A program made the position numbers and the translations under genes. A DNA stretch of 63,788 nucleotides, the filler included, from Olpidium bornovanus S191 (Eukaryota > Fungi > Olpidiomycota), in the NCBI GenBank assembly GCA_017911155.1. It is 28 parts of 28 records of this genome, joined end to end, with 100 filler letters (N's around TTAATTAATTAA, not from the genome) between each part and the next. Parts side by side here need not be neighbours in the genome. Positions count along the whole stretch, not along the records: positions 12,548 to 14,794 come from JAEFCI010009562.1; positions 14,895 to 18,315 come from JAEFCI010008431.1; positions 18,416 to 19,937 come from JAEFCI010000036.1; positions 20,038 to 21,043 come from JAEFCI010008177.1; positions 21,144 to 22,383 come from JAEFCI010013184.1; positions 22,484 to 23,781 come from JAEFCI010006971.1; positions 23,882 to 25,097 come from JAEFCI010006669.1; 21 more parts are not named here. One strand, written 5' to 3'. The notes beneath the pieces are model-generated. The model saw nothing but the letters and a program-made list of their open reading frames with translations. It had not been told where the DNA came from and did no database searches. Of this stretch, positions 12,448 through 23,918 are shown one piece after another; positions within the stretch are counted from its first letter, which is position 1, and each line of letters begins with the position of its first letter.

Positions 12448-12697
12448 NNNNNNNNNNNNNNNNNNNNNNNNNNNNNNNNNNNNNNNNNNNNTTAATTAAT
12501 TAANNNNNNNNNNNNNNNNNNNNNNNNNNNNNNNNNNNNNNNNNNNNAAGAGAGAAAAAAGCATAAAAAAAATTGCTCCGCTGGATGAGACGGAATATAG
12601 CAAAGCGGGGGCGCTGGTGGTGGTTGGGGAAAAAACGGGGGGGTGAGGAAGGGCAAAAAAAGGGCATGCCCGATTATCCGACGCCCGGCGAGGCGCT

Positions 12698-13019
12698 TCA
12701 GCCGTCGGCCGAGACGTCCGCGGAGTGCATGACGGGCAGGAACGGCGAGATCGAAAACGGTTCGAGAAGCTGCTGCGGCGACGGGAGGAGCTTCACGTCG
12801 TCGGCCTTCCGGCAGTGGCTGAAAAAAAAAATCTCCCGTAGAGTTAGTCGCGGAAAGGTTTCGAGGAAAAAACCGTCCGCCCGAACAGGCCCCCGGGTAT
12901 GAAACGTTTTTGGAAAAAAAAAAAAAATAAATTGCCGCTCTCACATTCGAAGGTGTTGCTTCAGGTTGTCGCTTCGCGAAAATTGCTTCCCGCAGGAAAC
13001 GTGAGGACAATGGAAAGCT

Positions 13020-13053
<34 letters not shown>

Positions 13054-14726
13054 AAAAACGTCAACGAGGCCGGCCAGACTCGGAGCTACCTCATCGCAAA
13101 TTCCCCTTCGCATTAATAACTCCCTTCTCCGGGAAGCCACGCACGTTTTTCGTTCGTATGCACCGACCGATGATGCCGCTTGAGATGCTCCAGGCGCTTG
13201 AAACCCTGCGCGCACCCGGGGTACCCGCAGGCAAATTCCTTGTTGCGGCTGCTCGCAGGTTTGGCCTTGCCGGACGCGCCTTTGGGCTTGCTCGCCGAGG
13301 TGCCAGTTTTCGAGGCCGTGGCGTTGGACGGCGTCCTCGGCGCTCCGGAGACGGGGTTCGCGCCGGGCAGCGCGACCCGCCCGTGGACGTTCTGGGTGTG
13401 GCCGCCTACCGCGCCGGAAAGCCCGAGGGGCTGCCGACGTTCGCCGGGGGGCAGTTGGACGGCCTGGGGGACGATGAACGGCAGCGGCGCCGCCCCGGGA
13501 AAAGCGGCGCCGTTCACCAGCGCCGACTGACCCAGGTGGGGCAGAGGGGGCAGCATACCCGCGGACGGATGGTGCAGCGAGCCGCTCCCGAGATGGTTTT
13601 GCGCGTAGAAAAAAGCGGGGAACCCGAGGGACGGGTCGGCGGCGTCAACCGCCAAAAGACCGGCGGACGACGGGCCGCCGCAGTTTCGGGGAGGGAACGT
13701 CACGGCGTACCCGCCGTTTTGAACGCGGACGAGGCCGTGGACGTCTTGCCCGCACAGACCGCGGTAGGAGCTCGAGAGGTGGCCGGCCGTGGCGGCGGTG
13801 TACCCGCCGGCAGTGGCGGCGGAGTACGCGCCCGGCGAGGTAGTGGCGGCGGAGTACGCGCCCGGCGAGGCGGCGGCGGAGTACCCGCCGACCGCGGAGG
13901 CGGAGTACCCTCCCGCCGCAGAAGCGGCGGCGGCGGCGGCGGCTGCGCCCTGACGCTGCTGTGCGGCGTGGAACACGCCCATCCCGCCGTGCTGCTGCAG
14001 CTGGAGGGCGGGCGGCGACCGCGGGAACGAGAGGACACTCTGGAAAGCGTGCTGGGGGGGGCCGGCCCGGAACGACCGCTGTGCGGGCTGGGCCGGGCGG
14101 CAAGAAGACTGCGACGACGGCAGAGGTGCGGCGTCGGACGCTTCCGCGGCCGCCGACAGCGCGCTCACGCGGCCGGCGTCGCCGGGAACGACGCGGGGCT
14201 GCGCGAGGTGAGCGGCGCCCGCGTCGCCCGGCGGCAACCCCGTGTCGACGTCCCGCGCCGGCACGTCGCCGTAAGGTTCTCCGGCGGCGGGGTCGCGAGC
14301 ATTGGTGCCGTTGGCGGAGGGCACGCCGCCCTCGTGGGAAAAGCGGCCGGCGGCGGCGGTCCGCGGGGAGTCACGGCGGTGCGCCGCCGGAAAAGAGGTA
14401 GAAACGGGGAAGACCTCGGTGGGCTGGTCCAGCGGGTTGGGCGCGTCGTAGGGCAGATAGGGCACGTGCGACGCAGGCTCGGAGGCGAAGGAAGCGGGGG
14501 ACCCGACGGCGGAAGGTCTCGCGGACGCGGCGGAGGCGGAGGCCGGGCGCCGCTGCTCCGGCGAAGAGCCGGCCGCGCCCGGCCGGCCGAAGAGGATCTG
14601 AGCGGCGGTCGCGGAGGCGGCGCCGGACGCAGCGGCGGCGACGGCGGGGCTGCTGCGGTCGGCGGAAGGCGAAGCGGGAGACGACGAGGGGGCCAGACGG
14701 AACCCCTGAGAAAAGCCTACGGCCAT
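12698..14726 (-). CDS. C2H2 zinc-finger transcription factor of Msn2/Msn4/Seb1 type; exons 14726-13145, 13017-12945, 12818-12698
   Basis: Two fingers after splicing: FACGYPGCAQGFKRLEHLKRHHRSVHTNEK|PFHCPHVSCGKQFSRSDNLKQHLRI|H. The R.EHLKRH / RSDNL pair is typical of STRE-binding factors. Canonical GT-AG sites; GACTAAC branch in the last intron. Confidence 0.85.
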
Positions 14727-14981
14727 CCGGACGGGGAGGCCTCAGGCCGCGCGCGGGGGACGGGCGGGGGGGGGGCAGTAAGCTGGAAGAGCCGNNNNNN
14801 NNNNNNNNNNNNNNNNNNNNNNNNNNNNNNNNNNNNNNTTAATTAATTAANNNNNNNNNNNNNNNNNNNNNNNNNNNNNNNNNNNNNNNNNNNNAAAAAA
14901 AACAACGGCATTGTCCGGGCCGACTCGCAAAAACAATGCCCGCTAAGATTTCGAAAAGAATCTTAGGGGCGTAAAACACAC

Positions 14982-16770
14982 CTCCAGCTCGTTATACTTG
15001 TCAGCCAGCTCCATGTACGCCGCAGCCTGCTGTTCCGCCTGCTTTTTCAGAATTTCCACATCGCGTGATTTGGACTTGATCTGAATCAGCTCCTGCTCAA
15101 GCTCCTCATTCTTCTTTTTTAACGAAGCGGCTGGCACCAGGAAAATAATAGCCATGTCAGCAATTGCGCTCACGCTGTACGGTTGTCGCAATTGCCTGGT
15201 TTCGTAACAAATCGCTTTGCTAATGCGTGCGTTTCTGTTTCCCGCGTACCCTCGTCGGTAAGCCTGTTATACTCTTTTGACTGATTCTCGGCCTGTGAAA
15301 GCCCGCCTAAAGATTCAGCAATAGTCGAAAGCATTCGCCAATGATGACGCGACAATCCGCGTTTCCTTCGCCCGCGTCTTCACCTGCTTCTGCACTGTGA
15401 GCATTCTCTGCTCGTTCTTCAGAAGATCGTTGATAAGCGAAAATGTCCGCCACAGGATCCTGCAAAAATTGGTATATCGAGTAATGATCGAAAGTGTTTA
15501 AAAAAAATACGAACACCAGTAAACGGAAAGCAGAAAGAAAAGGCCCAAATGGACAATGCCTGCACTTACAAGCTCAAAAACAGTGTGAAACCCGTGAGGT
15601 ACCTGAACGCGAAAAGCAGGGAAGGTTCCGCATGAGTGGACCAGCACCCCGTGGGGCAAACTGCCATATTGACCGTTAGATGTCCACCATCACACTCCAC
15701 ACAGACAACGACCCACATGTTCCGCTGAGCATAAAATTTTCTGGCATGAAGGTCGCTGAGGATTCGTGGGTCATGGTGGCCGTGGCGTGCCTCCTCCTCC
15801 GCCCTCTTCAAGCGCATGACGGCATCTAACAAAGGTGGGTGGTTGGGAACGTCAAATTTGTCGGACGACGCATCCGAGCCATGTAGGTGCTCTTACCAAC
15901 AAAGAGAACAAGGACGAAGCTAAGTGTGAACGATAACCGCGTTAGATAAAGCATTCTCGGCAAATATCGAAAGTTGAACGGAATACGGCCAGGAAACTGA
16001 CATTATAAGAATCTTAATCGCGTAGGCGACGTTGGCGACCTTTTCCGATTCACGGACATGTCAGCGAGATTCATTCAGAGGACAATAACCTCGTGCCAAG
16101 ATTACAAAGTCCGCTCACGAGAGGTGATGTGGAGATCCAGTTCAAAAAACCTTTCCTCATCGCGAACGGGAAAGGCGCCTGTACATGAAATGTTACCAAG
16201 CAGTTTGTGAGAACCGACGGGTTGCACCGCCGGCGAAAGACATATCCAACAGCTGCTGTTGCTTAGTTATCCTACCACGAGCAGGAGGAACGCGGCGATC
16301 TTAGTTTGCAGGACAGGTCGATGGCGGCACCAGTTGGTATTTCCACCGGAGACGTAAGAATTCCGTCAGAAAAACAGTGCGGGCAGACCACCAGCGGTAC
16401 CCGCGCAATCGAACATGTTTTGGCTTACCTCGGCCACGAGAAGGCCGAAGACCTGAAGCATCCACACGGGAAGCATTCTTTTGTCAATAGAGAAAAGTTT
16501 GTTTTCGAAGCATCGACAAAGAGCAAACAAGCGGGAAACACAAGCGCAACCGCCTACGAGCACCATTTGATAGTAAAGCGTCTTTGCGCAAATAAGATCG
16601 GGAGCGTTTCAAACAAGGAGCGACAAGGCCACGTCAATGCCGCCAAAACGCGAATGGCGCTGTGAAACAACTGGCAACTCAAGATATGCTCTTGGTGCCG
16701 GTGAGCGGCGTACATGCCAAACGGAAGCATCCTACTCGTGCGCAGATCATCCTTCCCGAGCCCTCACCAT
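14982..16770 (-). CDS. YET3: BAP31/Yet3 ER membrane protein, at least 12 exons, 3' end probably incomplete
   Basis: Spliced product M|TLYYQM|VFGLLVAE|IAAFLLLV|APFPFAMRKGFLNWISTSPL|VANVAYAIKILII|FVLVLFV|DAVMR..HARKFYAQRNM|YLTGFTLFLSL|ILWRTFSLI..|..LKKQAEQQAAAYMELADKYNELE. ARKFYAQRNMYLTGFTLFLSL is the Bap31 signature. Confidence 0.9.
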
Positions 16771-18443
16771 TTTTTTTCTTCTTCTTTTTTTCCTTTCCCT
16801 GTCTGTCGACTTCCTCTGCTATGAGCGCCAAGTCCGTCCAGCCGCGCGGTGTCTCCTAGGTAGCGACGACGGGCGGAGAGGCGCAAAGCAAGGGCGCCTG
16901 TCTCCTCGCGCGCAGACCAGGTATCCTGGCACCGTCGCACGGCGCGGACGCAGGCCGTACGCGTCGGCGCCCGTCGCGTCGAGGTGTGTTCGCTGGTTTT
17001 GTCTTGTTTCTTCAGGGGCTTTTCGCTGCCGCAGCCGGGGTTGGGTGTGGGTGGCGTTTCGGCCAGCCAGCCAGCGGCGAAAGAGAGAAACGCCAGGAAT
17101 CGCCGAGAGAGAAAACAACCGACCACCAACCGGAGGCGCAGCGGAATCCTAAAACCCTCGCCTTCTGGCCACCGGCTCGCTCGAAAACGCCCTGCAGAAT
17201 GCCTCTGCGCAATCCAGATTCTTGCTCTAGCTTGCCTGGAACACACTGTGCACATGAGCGACTGTGAGGAATTTTGCGTTAGTGCCTAGGGCACAATGAC
17301 GGGAGTTGTGGGGGGAAGGGGGATGAGGGGGGGGAAAAGCGAGTAGTCTTTTTTTTCACTCTATTCTCGTCGCTGTCCGTTGCTTCCTCTATCTCTGTTT
17401 CTATCTTTCTCTCTTATTAGCCGGGTGTCTCTCTCCCTCTTCCGGGCGTTAGTTAGTCAAGCGATGCTCGTGCTCGCGGCTGGGGAACTAAGATCTGGGG
17501 AGAGCGGGGCGTTCGATATACTAGGAGGACTACACTCCTCTCAGCACCTGCACGCCGCCCGCACCAGCCAGCACAATCATCCTTCGCGTCATGCGTCGAT
17601 TCCAACTCGATATTTTTTCCGCGTAACAAAAATCAGATGTTGTCCAGTTAACGTGTCCGCACCTTGTCGTCTTATCAATGCATCATAGTCGTCCGGATAT
17701 AGACCCTCGTCGTCGTCCTTGACGTCCCCGAGTCTCTTTCTTGCATTCGCAAGCGGAATTCCTCCACAGCGGGCGGAAAAAAAGGCGCGCGGGCGACGGA
17801 GGACGGAGAGGACGGCGGAGGCGGCCGCGACGCGCGTCCGATGCGAGAACGCGCGGAAAACAAACACCGCGGCGGTGCCCCCACCCAGGGTGTTGATCCA
17901 GGCCCCACTACGCGGGAAAGGCAGTGTAGGCCGTGTCGGCCAGCGGCGAAATTGACGTCCGGTCAAAGTTGCGCGGACTTGGGTCAAATAATCCTCGGCA
18001 AGAAATTCGGCGCACGAGGAAACGTGCACAAATGTGCCTTTTCTCCTGCTACGCGCTCGTTCCTTTAACACTCGGGAAACCGAGGGGAAGCGCGGTACAG
18101 GGTCTGCCTCTGCTACGTGCGCCTTCCAACCGTGCAGACCGCCAGCGCGCAGTCAATGTGGGGGGAAGGGACTTTCTCCCGTTTTCGGTTCTGCTTTTGC
18201 GACGGGTTTCGCGATGAGCAGGCATCACCTCCCTTCCTGTGCAAGTTCTTTCCTATTCTTCGTAGGCGCACTTGAAATTTTCGTCATCGCGTAGCCGGAG
18301 GTTCAGGGAAGCATGNNNNNNNNNNNNNNNNNNNNNNNNNNNNNNNNNNNNNNNNNNNNTTAATTAATTAANNNNNNNNNNNNNNNNNNNNNNNNNNNNN
18401 NNNNNNNNNNNNNNNCCCCCCTTGCCCCTTGCCGACCCTGCAA

Positions 18444-18475
<32 letters not shown>

Positions 18476-18716
18476 AAAGAAAAAAAAAAAAAGAAAAAAA
18501 AAAATTCCGCGCCCCGGCCCGCGTGGCGCGCGGACCGGCGCCCCTGGAAACAGAAATTCTCTCCCCGCCTGGGCCCCTTTCCCGGCCGCCCTCAAATCCC
18601 CCTCCCCACCCCCTGAGCGCGCTAGTCACCTCCCCATCTATCTCCTGAGCGCGCTAGTCAAGCGCTGGTCCATAGAAAAGAAAAAAAACGGTGGCTGGTT
18701 CCATAGAAAAGAAAAC

Positions 18717-19937
18717 ATGTCGGTCTACCGTAGCGACGTGTTCCTTGCTGCCCTCGCCGTCGCCGTATCGTTCTGTGCGGCCGCGCCGCAGGCGTTCTTG
18801 CCGCCAACCGGTAGCAACATCGACGCGAGTTTGAAGGTTGCAATCCCTCCGGAGGTCCGCGGGTCGTCCGGCGCCCACGCCCAGATGCTTTTCCTGGTGC
18901 CGTTCACCAACAACGCCGTGTTCCTCGACAACTATCACCCGAACTTCGGAAACGGCATCGACCTGGAGACCGGCGACCACGCTAAGCAGCCGTTCACGGA
19001 TGCGGACACGGGCCTTTTCATATTTGGGACGGAATACAATTTAGACACGAACAGGTGCGCGCGTTTTTCTTTGATTACGGGTAGCAGGGATCTTGTGAAA
19101 GGCGAAGGGGGGGTTCTCTTTTGGTTTGCTTTTCCCCCCGTTTTCTTTTTCGTTCGTGTTTGATTGTCGCGTTCTTCTTTTCTTGATATTTTGTGCATTT
19201 TTCACGTCAGATGTTTTTTCATGTTTTGGTGTTTGTTTTCGCGTTCTTTTTCGTGAATTTCTTTTTGCATGTTTTTTTTATGTTTTGGCGTTTGTTTTCG
19301 TTTCATCGTGAATTTCTTTCCGTGATTGTTTTCGCACATTTTTGGTTTCTTTTTTTTCGGTTATAATTTTCGAATTCTCGTTTTCCCTGCAACGGCTCCC
19401 GCCGTTTCTCCCTTTCAAACATTTGCGGGCCCTGAGTTAAAACTCATGCACACTTTGATGAAAGGGTGCCCGCGCTGATCATCACGATTTTTCTACGCTC
19501 CGCGTCGACCTTTTTCCCTTTCTCTTGTTTTTGTGCGCCCGTGTCCCAGAATCCGTGCTCTCCACCCGGTCAGCAACACCTTCTGCTCGGCGGGGGCTTT
19601 CTTCCCGAACGGAACCTTGTTCAACACCGGCGGAGCCGAGCCGTGCGAGGCCGACGGCAACTGCTTCTCAAACCAGGGCAGGGGTCCGGTGAAGGACGGG
19701 TTTGACAAGATCCGCACGTTTGCACCGGGCCCGTGCCCAAACGGGAGATGCAGTCAGGACTGGATCGAGACCGGACAGACCATCCAGCGAAGGCGCTGGT
19801 ACCACTCTATGCAGACCATGACGGACGGGTCCCTGCTGCTGGTCGGCGGCGCCAACAAGGGCGGCCTCGTCCTCAACGAGGCCAGCATCAACGAGGCGAA
19901 TTACGAGATCATCCGCCCGGAAGGCGTGTTCGAACCC
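18717..19937 (+). CDS. Secreted copper radical oxidase, glyoxal-oxidase type (CAZy AA5_1), 3' partial; intron 19055-19549
   Basis: Signal-peptide-like N-terminus (FLAALAVAVSFCAAA), SGAHAQMLFL, EYNLDTN, SNTFCSAGAFFPNGTLFNTGG, DGFDKIRTF, RRWYHSMQTMTDGSLLLVGG. These fit the glyoxal oxidase N-terminal domain with the cofactor Cys and a copper-site Tyr. Confidence 0.9.
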
Positions 19938-20041
19938 NNNNNNNNNNNNNNNNNNNNNNNNNNNNNNNNNNNNNNNNNNNNTTAATTAATTAANNNNNNN
20001 NNNNNNNNNNNNNNNNNNNNNNNNNNNNNNNNNNNNNCATG

Positions 20042-20704
20042 GCACACATTTGTATCTTTTTCTCCGTAGAACATTCAATGACTTTATCTGAGTTTTAACA
20101 CACAAATACGACACCTATATTCGGACATATTTCACTAATTGATTGAATATCTATTTTGCCTGCTGAATTTTAGAAAAATTAAATTAATTCTGTCCTCATA
20201 TAAAATGTCACAAATTGACACATTTTCATTATTTTCATTATTTTCATTATTTATATATAATTAATTGATTTGACTAACCCAACCTATATTGCCTGCTGAA
20301 TTTTAGAAAAATTAAATTAACTCTGTCCTCATATAAAATGTCACAAATTGACACATTTTCATTATTTTCTCCGGCAAATGACCAACAATTGGCGTTAAAA
20401 AAACCACACAAACACGACAGCTATATCTGGACGTATTTTACAAATGGATTGAGTATCTATACTGCCTGCTGAATTTTAGAAAAATTGAAATAAGTCTGTC
20501 CCCATATAAAATGTCACAAATTGACACATTTTTGTTATTTTCTCTGCCAAATGCCCAAAAACTGGCAATAAAAAAACACACAAATTCGTCACCTATATCC
20601 GGACGTAATTCATTAATTGATTGAGTATCTATATTGCCTGCTGAATTTTAGAAAAATTAAATTAAGTATGTCCTCATATAAAATGTCACAAATTGACACA
20701 TTTT
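20042..20704. repeat. AT-rich tandem repeat (satellite-like), unit ~172 bp, about 4 diverged copies
   Basis: Core GCCTGCTGAATTTTAGAAAAATT..CATATAAAATGTCACAAATTGACACATTTT starts at 20158, 20291, 20464 and 20636 (spacings 133, 173, 172). Confidence 0.92.
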
Positions 20705-20710
20705 CTGTGC

Positions 20711-20950
20711 TGTAACACGGCCCTCGAACCGCCCGTCGACCGACGCCACGGAAGGCGGGCGGCAGGCTAAGGGCGGCGGGCAAAGGGCGCAGGGCAAAGG
20801 GCAAGAGGTGGGCGAAGGGCGGAGACGGTGGCGGGATCGAGGGCAGGACGGCCCCCGAACCCGGGGGCCGACCAATCCAATAGTCCCCCTCAAAGCCCGC
20901 CAATCGAAGAGCGTTTTCCCCATTCCCCCCTTGAAATCCGCCAATCGAAG
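20711..20950 (+). mobile_element. Possible LTR 5' end abutting the satellite
   Basis: Abrupt AT-rich to GC-rich switch at TGTAACAC (20711). TGTAA is a common gypsy LTR start; there is no other support, and the end coordinate is arbitrary. Confidence 0.3.
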
Positions 20951-20997
20951 AGCTTCCCCCCTTGCCCCCCTCCCCCCCCCGCGCCCCCCCCCCCCCC

Positions 20998-21043
<46 letters not shown>

Positions 21044-22323
21044 NNNNNNNNNNNNNNNNNNNNNNNNNNNNNNNNNNNNNNNNNNNNTTAATTAATTAAN
21101 NNNNNNNNNNNNNNNNNNNNNNNNNNNNNNNNNNNNNNNNNNNCATGGTTTTCGACGACGTCAAGGCGGAACGTTCGCGGAACGCCAGGCCGGCGGGGAC
21201 TCGGCGGTCGTCGGACGCGCTCCAACGAGCGTCGGCAAAGAAATCCCGGGCTCTGCGGGTGCTGGCCAGAAGCAAGAGAAAGCGCGACGGTGCCGAAGTG
21301 TGTAACGAAGAGCGAGGGAAGGCAACATAGGTTATCGTGTCGCTGCTCTTGGCGACACAATGTATGACGAATTCATCCGTCCGTCGTGCCTACCGCATTT
21401 ACCCAATCTCTGGCGTCAGGCGTCCAAACGGCTCACCGCGTAACAAACGCGCGGTTGGTACGGTAACCGCAGGCTTTTTGGGGGCACCAACAAAGCGCCT
21501 CAACGTTTTTTGCGCCGGCCTTAACCTAACCGGAGGCAACTCGCGTAAAGCGAACGGGAGATATGATGACTTGCGGATTCGGGCTCTTCTCTTTGCTTTT
21601 TGTCGCAACCTCTTTTTTCGGCGATGGCGTGCGTTATTATAAGCAATGCTCGTTTCCAACAACGGAGATTAGGATAACCTGCCAGCCTCGAGGGCGAAAA
21701 GATGGGACAATCTGGCATTTGCCATCAATCCTCACCGTCTGGCAGGTTGGAGGGTACGGGCGTGCGTACGTAGCCGCACGTAATAAAATATAAGTTTATT
21801 CTGCTATGAGCATTAACTCACCAGTCACGTTCAATCTTTGGGCTCAAAGAACTGTTCTATCAAAAATGGTCTTTTTGAAAATCAATCAACCAAAAATTGC
21901 GCATAATTTGCCCCTCCGCCCGCCTCTCCGCGCCGCGGCACCTAACCGAGCTCCTCGCGCTTCTCGCCTCAGCGCGGGGGCCTCATCTTCGTGCCGCTGC
22001 GTGTTCCTTCCCTCACCACCACCACCTCGTCCCCTCCGCCCCTCAACCTGAAAGGCATTTATCACCGAGGTCGAAGCATAGACTGGCGTGCTGGTTGGAG
22101 CCCACCCCGCCTCCCAGGACAATGATCCGGCAGCGGACCAGCCTACGTGCACTTCGGTGAATTTCGCATCGCGCGCTGATCACTTAGACACATTTGGCCG
22201 TGAATCAAGTTATTTTAAAATTAATCAGCAGGTATACGTAAGAAAGGAAGGTCTAGTGTGGCGTGATATTTGCGTGTTTTCCCCGGGGCGGCATTATAGA
22301 GAATGTCAGGATTCGGGGAGTGT

Positions 22324-22369
<46 letters not shown>

Positions 22370-22604
22370 GGAAGTTGGGCGGANNNNNNNNNNNNNNNNN
22401 NNNNNNNNNNNNNNNNNNNNNNNNNNNTTAATTAATTAANNNNNNNNNNNNNNNNNNNNNNNNNNNNNNNNNNNNNNNNNNNNAGCTTCGCCCGCCCCCC
22501 CGACGGCGGGCGGCCCCATTGCACCTGCTCGCGGCGCGGCCGGCCCCGCTCACCGGCGCCACCACCCCCCCCCCCCCCCCCTCCCCCCTCCTTTCCGCCG
22601 CGCC

Positions 22605-22822
22605 ATGCTGCCGCCGCCGCAGTGGACGCCGCCGAAGATTGCGGTGCCGAAGCCGCTGAACCTCGTGGGTCTGGTGATTGGGACCCAGAACATGAAGACC
22701 GCCAAAGTGAGGGTCGCCAGGCACCTGGTCCACCCCATCGTGAAGAAGGTGGGTAGAGAGAGAGAGAGAGAGAGAGAGAGAGCGGGATCGCGCGCGGTTT
22801 CTTCCCCCTGCTCTTTTTCTTT

Positions 22823-22862
<40 letters not shown>

Positions 22863-23654
22863 AACAGAAAACCCGCCGCGCCGGGCCGAGCGCCGGGCCG
22901 TCGTGCCGCCTGGCGCTTCTGCGGCAGCGGAGAAACCAGCCGGCCGCATAAGGGGGAGGGGGAAGGAAGACCCTTTCACCCCGCCCATGGGTGTTATTTC
23001 TTTTTGTGTTTTGCCCGGGCCCCACCCCCACCCCGCCCCCCTCTCGCCGCCACGCGCGGTGGGAAGAATCCAACCTCTGGTTCGCCTTTCCCTGCGGCGC
23101 TGCGCCCTTCTCGGATGCCCTTCCGTCGGGCATTTTCAAGTTGACAAGAAGCGACTTCACCCACCCCTCTCCGCTTTGACCCGACCGGCGCCTCCCTCCT
23201 CTCGTTCTTTCCTCTCCCGAACCTCCGCGACAACAACAAACCCACCCACCCCCCTCCCCTCCTCCCGCCCGCCCGGCAGATCGTCACCCGCCACACGAAT
23301 TACCTTTGCCACGACGAGCACAACACGTGCGTGCTGGGCGACATCGTGCGCATCGAGAGTTGCGGGCAGCTCTCCAGGAGGAAGAGTTTCGCGGTCGCCG
23401 AGGTCCTCAAGGGGGGCCAGCGCTACGCCGGCCCGGGCGCCGGCCCGTCGGACTACCACATGAACAAGGGCGCCCCGCCGGGACTCGAGGCCCGCGTCAA
23501 GGAGCTGGTCGTCGAGGGCCGGAGCTACATCGCCCCCAAGGCCCGCGCATGGAGGGACGAGGGGAAGAAGACCTTCGGCGAGTTCGTCCCGGAGCAAGGC
23601 GCGCCGGCCTCGGACGACGGTCTTGAAGTGCCGAAAGAGGGCGCCTGCCCTTGA
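22605..23654 (+). CDS. MRPS17: Mitochondrial ribosomal protein uS17m; exons 22605-22748 and 23280-23654
   Basis: LVGLVIGTQNMKTAKVRV..HPIVKK|IVTRHTNYLCHDEHNTCVLGDIVRIESCGQLSRRKSFAVAEV is an S17 fold signature. GT-AG intron in phase 0. Confidence 0.85.
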
Positions 23655-23726
23655 AGGAAGGAGGGGAGAGGAGGGGGGATGGGGGGCGGGTGGGGGGAGG
23701 AGGACGCGCCCGGTTGAGGCCGGCCC

Positions 23727-23771
<45 letters not shown>

Positions 23772-23918
23772 CGCCTTGCACNNNNNNNNNNNNNNNNNNN
23801 NNNNNNNNNNNNNNNNNNNNNNNNNTTAATTAATTAANNNNNNNNNNNNNNNNNNNNNNNNNNNNNNNNNNNNNNNNNNNNACCTGCCTCCTTTTTCTTT
23901 CATTCCGGCCTTTTTCTT

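Noticed and set aside
13050-14846. 598-aa plus-strand ORF and other long antisense ORFs (e.g. 58379-60010, 49803-50744, 5886-6812)
   Set aside because: They are shadows of real genes on the opposite strand; GC-rich codons leave antisense frames free of stops.
17589-18071. Minus-strand ORF with CAEFLAEDYLTQ and DDDEGLYPDDYD
   Set aside because: Possibly exons of an unknown gene, but I could not build a consistent splice model or recognise a family.
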